From the NCBI GenBank assembly GCA_963762145.1, contig CAVXJS010000021.1, positions 352,001 to 416,000 on the forward strand: a DNA stretch of 64,000 nt, written 5' to 3'. The translations under genes and the position numbers were made by a program. Below are positions 43,959-53,194 of this stretch, in pieces. Numbering within the stretch: the first letter of the stretch is position 1; the number at the start of each line of letters is the position of its first letter. The notes under the pieces are model-generated. The model was not told the origin of the DNA. It saw nothing but the letters and a program-made list of their open reading frames with translations, and did not search any database. This DNA is from an uncultured Candidatus Rokubacteria bacterium (GTDB lineage: Bacteria > Methylomirabilota > Methylomirabilia > Rokubacteriales > CSP1-6).

Positions 43959-45551
43959 ATGGACGATCTCGTCATCCGCGGCGGCATGGTCCTGGACGGC
44001 ACCGGCGCCGAGCCCGTGCGCGCCGACGTCGCGGTGCGCGATGGCCGCATCGCCGGCATCACGCCGCGGCACACCGGGCCGGCCCGACGCGTGGTCGACG
44101 CCGCCGGGCTCGTCGTCGCTCCGGGCTTCATCGACATCAAGACGCACTCGGACTTCACGCTGCCCTACGCCCCGCGGGCCGAGAGCAAGATCCTCCAGGG
44201 CGTGACGACCGAGGTGGTCGGCCACTGCGGGTTCTCGCTCGCGCCGGTGGTGCCGGGTCGGGCGCGGCTCCTCCAGGAGTACCTGGCGGGCTTCGCGCCC
44301 TGGATCGAGACGCGGGAGACCACGTTCGCCGAGTACCTGAACACGTTCCCCGCGACGACGGTCAACACGATCATGCAGGTCGGCCACAACACGCTGCGCC
44401 TGATGACGGTCGGCATGGACGACCGCGCGCCGACCCCGGACGAGCTGGCGGTCATGCGGCGGCTCGTGGCGGAAGCCCTGGCGGCGGGCGCGATCGGGAT
44501 GTCGTCCGGTCTCTTCACCGCGCCGGGCTCGTTCGCCCGGCCGGACGAGCTGCACGCGCTGCTCGGCGTGGTGCGGGAGCACGACGGCGCGTACGCGACT
44601 CACCTTCGCAGCGAGTCGGCCGGGGTCTTCGAGGCGGTCCGCGAGGCGATCGAGGCCTCGGAGAAGACGGGCGTGCACGTGCAGATCGTCCACATGAAAC
44701 TCTCCGGCCTCGAGAACCGTGGGCGGGCCGGGGAGCTGCTGGCCCTGATCGACGCGGCCCGGGCGCGCGGCGTGCGCGTCGACTGCGACGCCTACCCCTA
44801 CACCTGCGCGGCCAACCCGCTGCGGAACCTGCTCCCGCTGTGGGTGCAGGAGGGCGGCCTCGCCGCGATGCTCGATCGGCTGCGCGACCCCGCGGTGCGC
44901 CGCCGCGTCATCCGCGAGATCGACGAGCGCGGCCTCACCAGCTTCGGGCGCATCGCCTCGTGGGACGCGGTGAGCATCAGCACCTCGCGGACGCGGTCGG
45001 CGGACGCGGGGCGGAGCATCGCCGAGCTGGCGCGCCAGGCCGGCGTGGAGCCGATCGACCTGCTCTGCGATCTCCTCGAGGCGGACGCGGGCGCCACCTT
45101 CGTGGTCGTCTGCTCCATCGACGAGGCCGACGTCCAGGCCCTGCTGCGCTCGCCCGCGGTGCTGGTCGGCTCGGACGGGCGGGCCGTCGCGCCGGACAGC
45201 GTGGCCGGGCAGGGCCGGCCGCATCCCCGGTTCTACGGGACGTTCCCGCGCGTCCTCGGCCACTACGCGCGCGACCTCGGCCTGCTCGGGCTTCCCGAGG
45301 CGGTGCACAAGATGACCGGCGCGCCGGCCCGGATTCTCCGGCTGGCCGAGCGCGGCCTCCTGCGCGAAGGCTACCAGGCCGACATCACCACCTTCGACCC
45401 CGCCACCATCATCGACCGCGCCACCTACGACAACCCGCACCAGTATGCGGGCGGCATCGGCACCGTCGTCGTGAACGGGGTCGTCGCGGTGGATTCCGGG
45501 CAGCACACCGGCGCCCTCCCCGGGCGCGTGCTCCGCCGCGGCGCCGCCTGA
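43959..45551 (+). CDS. N-acyl-D-amino acid deacylase
   Basis: PGFIDIKTHSD, QGVTTEVVGHCG, THLRSE, GSDG, HPRFYGTFPR. Confidence 0.9.
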   Translation: MDDLVIRGGMVLDGTGAEPVRADVAVRDGRIAGITPRHTGPARRVVDAAGLVVAPGFIDIKTHSDFTLPYAPRAESKILQGVTTEVVGHCGFSLAPVVPGRARLLQEYLAGFAPWIETRETTFAEYLNTFPATTVNTIMQVGHNTLRLMTVGMDDRAPTPDELAVMRRLVAEALAAGAIGMSSGLFTAPGSFARPDELHALLGVVREHDGAYATHLRSESAGVFEAVREAIEASEKTGVHVQIVHMKLSGLENRGRAGELLALIDAARARGVRVDCDAYPYTCAANPLRNLLPLWVQEGGLAAMLDRLRDPAVRRRVIREIDERGLTSFGRIASWDAVSISTSRTRSADAGRSIAELARQAGVEPIDLLCDLLEADAGATFVVVCSIDEADVQALLRSPAVLVGSDGRAVAPDSVAGQGRPHPRFYGTFPRVLGHYARDLGLLGLPEAVHKMTGAPARILRLAERGLLREGYQADITTFDPATIIDRATYDNPHQYAGGIGTVVVNGVVAVDSGQHTGALPGRVLRRGAA

Positions 45552-45575
45552 GGCCGGCCGCCGAGCGCCAACCGC

Positions 45576-47012
45576 TCAGTACTCCGAGAGCAGGCGATCG
45601 ACCATCGCCTTGGCGCTGGCCCAGTCGTAGGACCGGAACATCCGGCGGTTCACCACCGGCTGCGCGGCCGAGTAGAACATCTCGTACTGGAGCTGGCGGC
45701 CCCCGTACTCGGTGCCGATGAAGTCCCAGATCAGCTTGAGCAGCTTCACCCGGTCGTGGGCGCCCGCCGCGGTGGACCGGTAGTAGCGCTCGGTGTGGGC
45801 GGCGGTCTCGGGGGAGAGGAAGCTCGCCTGAGACGACGGCAGGTTCTGGAAGGCGCCCCCCGCCAGCTCCCGCACCGTCCGGTACATGTCCACGATGAGC
45901 CGGCGCTGCAGGCTCATCCCGGCGTAGATGTATTGCGGATGGGGGCGCGCGTAGCCCTCGCTCACCAGCGGCCGGCGCTCGGCCGCCTGCACCAGCGCGT
46001 CGAAGGTGGCGCAGAAGGTGGCGATGTCGCCGCCGAGGGTCGCCTGGGTGGTGGCGTCGCCCTCCCCGCTCCCGACCTCGACCAGCTTCAGGGCGAGGCC
46101 GGCCAGCAACTCGAGCTTGACGCCGAAGCGCACCAGCGACTGGAAGTTCGCGGTCACGTGGGCGGGCGATTCGTGGAACTGGGCGGTCACCAGATCCACG
46201 TTGCGGTGGACGAACACCTGCTCCCAGGGCACCGGCACGTCGTCGAAGACGACGGTGGTGTCCACCTCGTCGAAGCGGGAGGAGAGCGGGTAATCGTAGA
46301 CGCTCGTGGCGAGCGTCGCGTAGGGCCGGCGCGGCAGGAGCCGGAGGCCCGGCGCGTTCACCGGCACCACGAGCGAGATCGCGTAGTCCACGTCGCCGGG
46401 GGCGAGCGGCGTGATGTAGCTCACGTAGAGCCAGTCCGCCATGGTCACCGAGGTGGCGATCGAGTGCGCGCCGCGGATCACGATGCCGGCGTCCGTCTCC
46501 TTCACGACGCCCGGGTGCAGGAAGGGCTCCGGATGCCGGTGGGCCGGCGTGCCGCGGTCGATCTGGGGCGGCACGATCGCGTAGGCCAGGTAGAGGTCCT
46601 CGTCCCGCGCCTTCTCGTGGAAGCGGACCACGTTGTCGCCGTACTGGCGGCCCCCGCGATCGAAGAGCTGCCGCCAGCCCGCGAACCCGGTGAGCACGGA
46701 GGCCACGTGGTCGGGCGTGCGCCCCATGAGGCCGTACGAGCCCTCGGCCCAGAACCGGTGGACCGCCCGCCGGCGCCCGAGATCCTCCGCGGAGCGCGGG
46801 ATCAGCCACATCGCGCCGATCGTCTTGCCGGTCGCCGGATCGACGCAGGTGGTCACGTCGGGCGCCTTCGCGGCCGCGTCGTAGCGCTCCGCGATGCGCT
46901 GGATGGGCTCCGCGAAGGCGGGATGGCGCGTCACGTCCTGGACGCGCTCGCCGTCGAGGAACACGGCGCGCCCGTCGCGGAGGCTCGCGAGATAGTCGGC
47001 GCCCCGGCGCAT
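45576..47012 (-). CDS. 4-hydroxyphenylacetate 3-hydroxylase family oxygenase component
   Basis: YLASLRDGR, GRTPD, PPQIDR, PLSSRFDE, GRQLQYEMFY. Confidence 0.88.
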   Translation of the reverse strand: MRRGADYLASLRDGRAVFLDGERVQDVTRHPAFAEPIQRIAERYDAAAKAPDVTTCVDPATGKTIGAMWLIPRSAEDLGRRRAVHRFWAEGSYGLMGRTPDHVASVLTGFAGWRQLFDRGGRQYGDNVVRFHEKARDEDLYLAYAIVPPQIDRGTPAHRHPEPFLHPGVVKETDAGIVIRGAHSIATSVTMADWLYVSYITPLAPGDVDYAISLVVPVNAPGLRLLPRRPYATLATSVYDYPLSSRFDEVDTTVVFDDVPVPWEQVFVHRNVDLVTAQFHESPAHVTANFQSLVRFGVKLELLAGLALKLVEVGSGEGDATTQATLGGDIATFCATFDALVQAAERRPLVSEGYARPHPQYIYAGMSLQRRLIVDMYRTVRELAGGAFQNLPSSQASFLSPETAAHTERYYRSTAAGAHDRVKLLKLIWDFIGTEYGGRQLQYEMFYSAAQPVVNRRMFRSYDWASAKAMVDRLLSEY

Positions 47013-47124
47013 GGCCGGACTCTCGCACACCGCTTCCGGCAGGGCACAAGCCGGGTGAGACCTTGACGCCGCCCGGCGGCCGGTGCAGTCTCCCGACCAG
47101 GGTCGCACTCAGGGGAGCCTCGAC

Positions 47125-48331
47125 ATGAGCGAGCGTGACGGAGCGCTGGACGGTGTTCTCAACGGGGTCCGGGTCCTCGACTTCGGACGCTACATCGCCG
47201 GGCCGTACTGCGCGGCGCTGCTGGCCGATCTCGGCGCCGACGTCATCCGGATCGAGCGGATCGGCGGCGGTGAAGATCGGTGGGTGGCGCCGGTGGGCGC
47301 GGACGGCGTCGGGGCGATGTACGTGGTGATGAACCGCAACAAGCGCGCGATGACGCTCGATCCCGCCTGTCCCGAGGGGCGTGAGATCGTCCGCAAGCTG
47401 GTGGCCACCGCCGACGTGGTGGTCGCCAACCTGCCGCCCGAGGTGCTGCGGACGCTGGCGCTCGACCTCGACAGCCTCCGCGCGGTGAAGCCCGACATCA
47501 TCCTCACCACCGTGACCGCGTTCGGCGCCGGGGGCCCCTGGAGCCACAAGCACGGCTTCGACGGCATCGGCCAGGTGATGGCCGGCGGCGCGTACCTGAC
47601 CGGCACTCCGGAGCAGCCGCTGCGCGCCTCGGTGGCCTGGGTCGACTTCGGGACGGCGTCGGTCTCGGCGTTCGGCACGCTGGCGGCGCTCATGGCGCGC
47701 GACAAGACGGGCCGCGGCCAGAAGGTCGAGGCCGCGCTGCTGCGCACCGCGGTCGCCTTCAACAACCCCACCCTCGTCGAGCAGCAGGTCGTCGCGCCCG
47801 GACCGGGTGGCCACGGTCAACCGCGGGCAGACCTCGGCGCCGTCCGACCTGTTCCGCACGAAGGACGGCTGGATCATCGCCTACGCGATCGGCGGCCCGA
47901 TGTTCGCGCGCTGGGCGAAGCTGATGGGCGAGGGGCACTGGCTGACCGACCCGCGCTTCAAGGACGACCTGGCCCGCGGCGACAACGGCGAGGTGATCTC
48001 CAAGCGGATGTCGGAGTGGACCGCCGAGCGCACGACCGCGGAGGCGCTGGCCGAGCTCGAGAAGGCCAGGGTCCCGGCCGGGCCGCTGTACTCGCCCCAG
48101 CAGGCGCTCGAGGACGCGCACATCCGGGCCGCCGGGCTGCTGGCCGACACCGACTATCCGGGGCTGCCGCGGCCGGCGCCGCTCGCGCCCATGCCGGTCG
48201 ATCTCTCCGAGACCCCGGGACGCTTCCGCCACCGGGCGCCGCAGCTCGGCGAGCACACCGACGCCATCCTCACCGAGCTGGGCTACCGCGCTCCGGACAT
48301 CGCCGGGCTTCGCGCCCGCGCCGTGATCTGA
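47125..48331 (+). CDS. CaiB/BaiF CoA-transferase family III (frameshift near 47800)
   Basis: VLDFGRYIAGP, LADLGADVI, NRNKR, APQLGEHTD. Confidence 0.9.
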
Positions 48332-48341
48332 CCGCCCAGTA

Positions 48342-48380
48342 CCTTCTCCCCCGCCCCGGGGGAGAGGGCAGGGTGAGGGG
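48342..48380. repeat. REP-like palindrome, family B copy 2
   Basis: CCTTCTCCCCC-GCCCC-GGGGGAGAGGG-CAGGGTGAGGGG between convergent genes. Confidence 0.75.
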
Positions 48381-48401
48381 GCCTCTCGGTGAGGGGGCGC
48401 C

Positions 48402-50186
48402 TCAGCCGACCGCCATCTCCTTGAACATCGCCACGCGCTTGGCCCGCAGCGATCCCGGCTTGTACTTCTGCAGCCACTGATCGTTCTCGGCCAGGAACAG
48501 GCTCGCGTCCATGTTCACGCTCGCGTCACGGTCCTTCAGCGACTCGACCACCGAGCGGAAGTAGTAGTGGTTGAACAGGCGATTGAACTCGGTGAAGTAG
48601 ATGTCGGCGACCCGCCGGTCCCCGCGGATCGCGAGCATGTTCTCGTCATTGTCGTTGGTGGACGCGTCGCTGAAGTTCGCCGAGCCGGTGACGACCACCG
48701 GGTCCGCGCCGAGCGGATCGCGCAGCAGGAACTTGGAGTGGATGAAGCTGACGTGCTGGTTCAGCCCCAGGCCCATCGCGCTGGTCTCCTTGGCCCACTG
48801 GTGCAGCGGCTCGCGCAGGAACGAGCCCCAGGCCTTGTAGATGTTCTGCTTCGCGCCGACGAAGACGAAGGTGTTCTCGTTGGCCTTCGTCGGCTTGTCC
48901 TTCTTCTCGAGGAGGAAGAACGCGATGGCATTGTCCGGGGTGTTGTCGGTGAGCCGCGCCTTGAAGTCCTTGTTGATGCCGAAGGCGAGGGTGATGCACG
49001 CCAGCTTCTCGGCCTCGTCGACCAGCTGGAAGTACAGCGTGAGGATGCTCTCGCCGCGCCGCGGGCTGAAGATCGGCGTGGTGCCCGGGGGGATCCCGGC
49101 CAGGCTCTCGGGCACGAGATGCAGCGCCTCGACCGCCTTCTTGAAGTCCTCGTTCTTCTGGCGGACCGTCGACGCGCTGTCCCCCGCCTTGCCCCCGGGG
49201 TCCTGCTCGAGCAGCCGCCAGTAGGCCTCGAACCGCTCCGCGACCGCGCCGTCGCGCACCCAGTGGCCCACGTTCGTCTGGCCGTGAATGCCGCCCATGG
49301 AGATGTTCGTCGACCCGGTCCACACCTCCGCGGGTGTGCGCGCCGCGCCCTTGAGCAGCACCATGAACTTGTTGTGCTGGATGTCGTTGCGCCTCGCCTC
49401 CCGCAGGTGGACGCGGGCCGCGGGGATGCCCGCCGTCTGGACCGCCTTGCGGTTCTCCACCCGCGGGAAGCTCTCGTGGAACTTGCCCTTGCTGTCGGTG
49501 TGCTCGTTCACCTTGGCGTCGATGATGAGCTGAACGTCCACCCCCTCGTCGATCGCCTTCTTGAGCGCGGTGGCGACCGGCTCGTAGCGGAACTCGTAGA
49601 AGCATCCCAGCAGCGTATCGCCCGCCTTCGCGTTGTTGATGAACTTCAGCAGCGCGTTGTCCAGGTCGCGGCTCAGCCAGTCGAGGGCTTCCCGGCGCTT
49701 CGACGCCGGCTTCAGGTCATCCGGCCGCGCGTTGCCGAAGCGACGCTCGTAGGCCTGGCTGCTCGCGACGCCGCGATTGAAGAACACGTCGTGCGGCCCC
49801 TGGGTGTAGAGCGGCTCGGTGCGCACCTCGATCGAGATCGGCGCCGCGCTGCGATCGATGTTCTTGGCGGTGCCCTTCAGGGGATGGAAGCGGTAGGTGT
49901 ATCGATGGTTGGACTTGGCGGTGAAGTCGTCCCAGACGAAGCTCTGCACGGGGTGGTCCCGGGTGCTCACGACCAGGTCCTTGGTCGGGGCGGGAAATAC
50001 GGACTTGAACACCTTGAAGCCGTACATGAAGTACTGCTCGTCGGCCTGGGGATCGAGGCGCTCGACCCCGAAGCCCAGCAGGCCGGCGGTATCCGCCCCG
50101 GCCGCGTCGATCGCGAACGAGATCGTGTTGACGCCGCTGACGGCGTGGATGACATAGCCTCCCGCCGGCTGGGATCGAAAGCGCAT
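48402..50186 (-). CDS. Phospholipase D superfamily protein with two HxK motifs
   Basis: HNKFMV...WTGSTN and HSKFLLRD...VTGSAN...NDEN. Confidence 0.88.
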   Translation of the reverse strand: MRFRSQPAGGYVIHAVSGVNTISFAIDAAGADTAGLLGFGVERLDPQADEQYFMYGFKVFKSVFPAPTKDLVVSTRDHPVQSFVWDDFTAKSNHRYTYRFHPLKGTAKNIDRSAAPISIEVRTEPLYTQGPHDVFFNRGVASSQAYERRFGNARPDDLKPASKRREALDWLSRDLDNALLKFINNAKAGDTLLGCFYEFRYEPVATALKKAIDEGVDVQLIIDAKVNEHTDSKGKFHESFPRVENRKAVQTAGIPAARVHLREARRNDIQHNKFMVLLKGAARTPAEVWTGSTNISMGGIHGQTNVGHWVRDGAVAERFEAYWRLLEQDPGGKAGDSASTVRQKNEDFKKAVEALHLVPESLAGIPPGTTPIFSPRRGESILTLYFQLVDEAEKLACITLAFGINKDFKARLTDNTPDNAIAFFLLEKKDKPTKANENTFVFVGAKQNIYKAWGSFLREPLHQWAKETSAMGLGLNQHVSFIHSKFLLRDPLGADPVVVTGSANFSDASTNDNDENMLAIRGDRRVADIYFTEFNRLFNHYYFRSVVESLKDRDASVNMDASLFLAENDQWLQKYKPGSLRAKRVAMFKEMAVG

Positions 50187-50236
50187 GGAAGCACCTCCCC
50201 GAGGGGCCGCACGGTTGACCGACGCGAATCGAGCCG

Positions 50237-50265
50237 ACCATAGGCGGGTTCGGCCACCCGGTCAA
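50237..50265 (-). promoter_or_regulatory. sigma70 promoter for the PLD gene
   Basis: TTGACC-17nt-TATGGT. Confidence 0.6.
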
Positions 50266-50340
50266 GATACCCGGGGCCGAGCGGCTCGCGGCGCGACGCA
50301 CCATCGCTGCGCTTACTGCGCAGCTGGCCGGCGGCCGGGA

Positions 50341-50359
50341 AAGTCCACTTTCTGGACTT
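50341..50359. promoter_or_regulatory. Palindromic operator-like site
   Basis: AAGTCCA-N5-TGGACTT perfect 7-bp inverted repeat in divergent intergenic region. Confidence 0.5.
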
Positions 50360-50448
50360 GGCGACGGCGCCGCGACCTGCCATCGTGTCGGCATCGGAGA
50401 GCGGATCTCCCGACCCCGCAGCGGAGATACACGAAAAGGAGAGGCGAC

Positions 50449-51678
50449 ATGAAGACCCTACGCGGACTGATCAGCGCCGGCATCTCGCTCCTGGTGATTC
50501 TCGCCGGCGCCCCCGGCGCCCACGCGGACATCGTCACCGACGCGAACGCGCGGGCCGCCGACGTCGTGTCCCGCCTCCCGGCCCCGCCCATCACGGTACG
50601 GATGATGGCCATCGTCCAGGTCTCGGTCTTCGAGGCGGTCAACGCGATCACCAGCCGCTATCCTCCGCAGCGCGCGAAGCTCGCCCCGGCGCCGGGCGCC
50701 TCCGTGGAGGCCGCGGTCGCGGCCGCGACGCGCACCGCGCTGTCGAAGCTCATGCCGGCCCAGCAGGCGGCCATCGACGCCGACTACCAGGCGCTGCTCG
50801 CCTCGGTCCCCGATGGCGCCGCGAAGACCGCGGGCATCGCGCTCGGCGAGCAGGCGGCGACCGCGATCGTGGCGCTCTGCGCCGACGACGGGGCGGTCAC
50901 GCCCGACGTCTATCGCCCGCACACGACGGCGGGCGTCTACGTGCCCACGGTGGGGCCGGCGGTGCCGCACTGGGGGAAGCGCCGCCCCTGGGTGATGCCC
51001 CGCGGCGACCACTTCCGCCCGGGCCCACCGCCCGTGCTGACCAGCGACCTGTGGGCGCGCGATTACAACGAGATCAAGGCGGTCGGGGGCAAGACCAGCA
51101 CCCAGCGCACCCCGGAGCAGACCGCGATCGCGAAGTTCTGGGAAGCGACGGCTCCGGCCGTCTACTGGCCGGTCGCCCGCGCGGTGGCCGCCATGCCCGG
51201 CCGCGACGTCACCGACAACGCGCGCCTGCTCGCGCTGGCCGGGATGGCCATGGACGACGGGCTGATCGCGGTCTTCGACGCCAAGTACACGTACAATCTC
51301 TGGCGCCCGGTCACCGCCATCCGCAACGGCGACCTCGACGGCAACAACGCCACCGACCGGGATCCGGGCTGGACGCCGTTCATCGACACGCCGATGCATC
51401 CGGAGTATCCGTGCGCCCACTGCATCGTGTCGGCGTCCCTGGGCGCCGTGCTCGCGGCCGAGATCGGCTCCGGGCCCACGCCCACACTCAGCTCCGCCAG
51501 CTCGACCGCCGGGGGCGCCGTCCGCACGTGGACGAGCGTCGATGCCTTCACGAATGAGGTCGCGCAGGCGCGCATCTACGACGGCGTGCACTACCGCACC
51601 TCGACGGAGGTGGGCTCCGCGATGGGCAAGAAAATCGGCGAGCTGACGGCGAAGAGCGTACCGAAGGCGACCCGCTGA
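50449..51678 (+). CDS. Vanadium haloperoxidase/PAP2-like secreted protein
   Basis: Signal peptide; KYTYNLWRP, HPEYPCAH, RIYDGVHY. Confidence 0.85.
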   Translation: MKTLRGLISAGISLLVILAGAPGAHADIVTDANARAADVVSRLPAPPITVRMMAIVQVSVFEAVNAITSRYPPQRAKLAPAPGASVEAAVAAATRTALSKLMPAQQAAIDADYQALLASVPDGAAKTAGIALGEQAATAIVALCADDGAVTPDVYRPHTTAGVYVPTVGPAVPHWGKRRPWVMPRGDHFRPGPPPVLTSDLWARDYNEIKAVGGKTSTQRTPEQTAIAKFWEATAPAVYWPVARAVAAMPGRDVTDNARLLALAGMAMDDGLIAVFDAKYTYNLWRPVTAIRNGDLDGNNATDRDPGWTPFIDTPMHPEYPCAHCIVSASLGAVLAAEIGSGPTPTLSSASSTAGGAVRTWTSVDAFTNEVAQARIYDGVHYRTSTEVGSAMGKKIGELTAKSVPKATR

Positions 51679-51707
51679 CGTCGAGCCGGCGCTGAGGCGC
51701 TGTTCGC

Positions 51708-53186
51708 TCAGGCTCCCGCGGCGCTGGCCCCGGCGAGACGGCCGAAGACCGCGCCCGACATCAGGCCCGTCCCGCCCGGGTAGTTGCCGTGGAAGAGCCC
51801 GCCGACCATCTCGCCGCACGCGAAGAGCCCGGGGATGGACGTCCAGCTCGTGCTCTGCACCTGCGCGTGCTCGTTCACGCGCACGCCCCCGAAGGTGAAG
51901 GTGATCCCGCCGGTGACCGGCCACGCGGTGAAGGGCGGGGTGTCCAGGCGCTGGGCCCAGTTCGACTTCGGCAGGGAGAGCCCGCGGGTCGCGAGCCCGT
52001 CGCGGACGGTGGGATCGAAGGTGCCCGACCCCACCGCGGCGTTGTACGCCTCGAGCGTCTCCAGGCACCGGGCCTGATCCACCGGGAGCTGCGCGACCAG
52101 CGCGGCGAGCGTGTCCGCGACGGCCGGCTGCCCGGTCTTGTAGCGCCCCTCGAGCAGGTCGGTGACCTTGGCGTCGAAGATCTGGTAGGCGACGCCCCGG
52201 GTCTGGTTGAGGATGATGCCGCCCAGCTTGGCGTACGTGTAGAACTGGAAATCCTCGCCCTCGTCGAAGAAGCGCCGGCCGTTCACGTCGACGAGCACGC
52301 CGTACGGATAGGACAGGCGGTTGGTCTTGTCGGTGAGCTTGCGGTCGCCATGAGGCGGCGCCTCGGCGTCGATCGGGGTCGAGTGACAGCCCGTCCACTG
52401 CCCGCACGGCAGGGCGCCGATCTCGAGAGCCATGCGCAGCCCGTCGCCGGTGTTGTAGCGGGTGCCGCGCACCTTGGCGTGATCCCACGGGCGGCCGAGG
52501 TACCGCGCCCGCCACTCCGGATTCGCCTCGAAGCCGCCGCAGCCCAGCACGACGGCGCCCGCGCTGATCTCACGGAAGCCGTCGGCATCGCGCACCCCCA
52601 CCCCGGTCACGCGCCCGCGGGCGTCCTGGACGAGCCGGACCGCGCTGGTGTCGTAGCGGATCTCGACCCCGCGCGCCTGCGCGGCCTTGAACCACATGGC
52701 CGAGAGCCCCACGCCCTCGTGGCGGGCCCGGATGATGGCGCCCGGCGACCACTTGATCGTGTTCCCGACCTTCACCGCGCTGAGCGAGACCGCCGGCTCC
52801 ATCACGATGCCCTGCTGCACCATCCAGCGCACCGTGTCGAGCGAGCGGCCGATCAGGATCTCGGACAGCTCCGGATCGCTCCGCCCCTCGGTGACGCGGT
52901 CGAGGTCGGCGCGGAACCGTTTCGCCGGATAGGGCTCGACGCCGGCGGGAAAGTCCGGGACCTCGGCGCGCGACTCGGGCACGAGCGGCAGGAGATCCTC
53001 GGGGTTGTCATAGGCGAAGCGCAGAAGGCCGCCGCTGTAGTGGGTGTTGCCGCCGCGCAGCTCGCGCGGCGCCTTCTCGAGCGCCACCACCCGGGCCGCG
53101 CCGTGCTCGCGCGCCGACACCGCCGCGGCCAGCGCCGCGTTCCCTGCCCCCACCACCACGACGTCGTAGTCCCGGTCGCCCGCCAT
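51708..53186 (-). CDS. TcuA-like FAD-dependent dehydrogenase
   Basis: GAGNAAL, RGGNT, GGFEAN, VRGTRYNTGDG, GITFTFGG, NYPGGTGL. Confidence 0.85.
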   Translation of the reverse strand: MAGDRDYDVVVVGAGNAALAAAVSAREHGAARVVALEKAPRELRGGNTHYSGGLLRFAYDNPEDLLPLVPESRAEVPDFPAGVEPYPAKRFRADLDRVTEGRSDPELSEILIGRSLDTVRWMVQQGIVMEPAVSLSAVKVGNTIKWSPGAIIRARHEGVGLSAMWFKAAQARGVEIRYDTSAVRLVQDARGRVTGVGVRDADGFREISAGAVVLGCGGFEANPEWRARYLGRPWDHAKVRGTRYNTGDGLRMALEIGALPCGQWTGCHSTPIDAEAPPHGDRKLTDKTNRLSYPYGVLVDVNGRRFFDEGEDFQFYTYAKLGGIILNQTRGVAYQIFDAKVTDLLEGRYKTGQPAVADTLAALVAQLPVDQARCLETLEAYNAAVGSGTFDPTVRDGLATRGLSLPKSNWAQRLDTPPFTAWPVTGGITFTFGGVRVNEHAQVQSTSWTSIPGLFACGEMVGGLFHGNYPGGTGLMSGAVFGRLAGASAAGA

Positions 53187-53194
53187 GACGCCTC

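Noticed and set aside
48402-50186. PLD as part of an anti-phage system (DISARM DrmC or restriction-type nuclease)
   Set aside because: No helicase, methylase or other defence gene adjacent; two-motif stand-alone architecture
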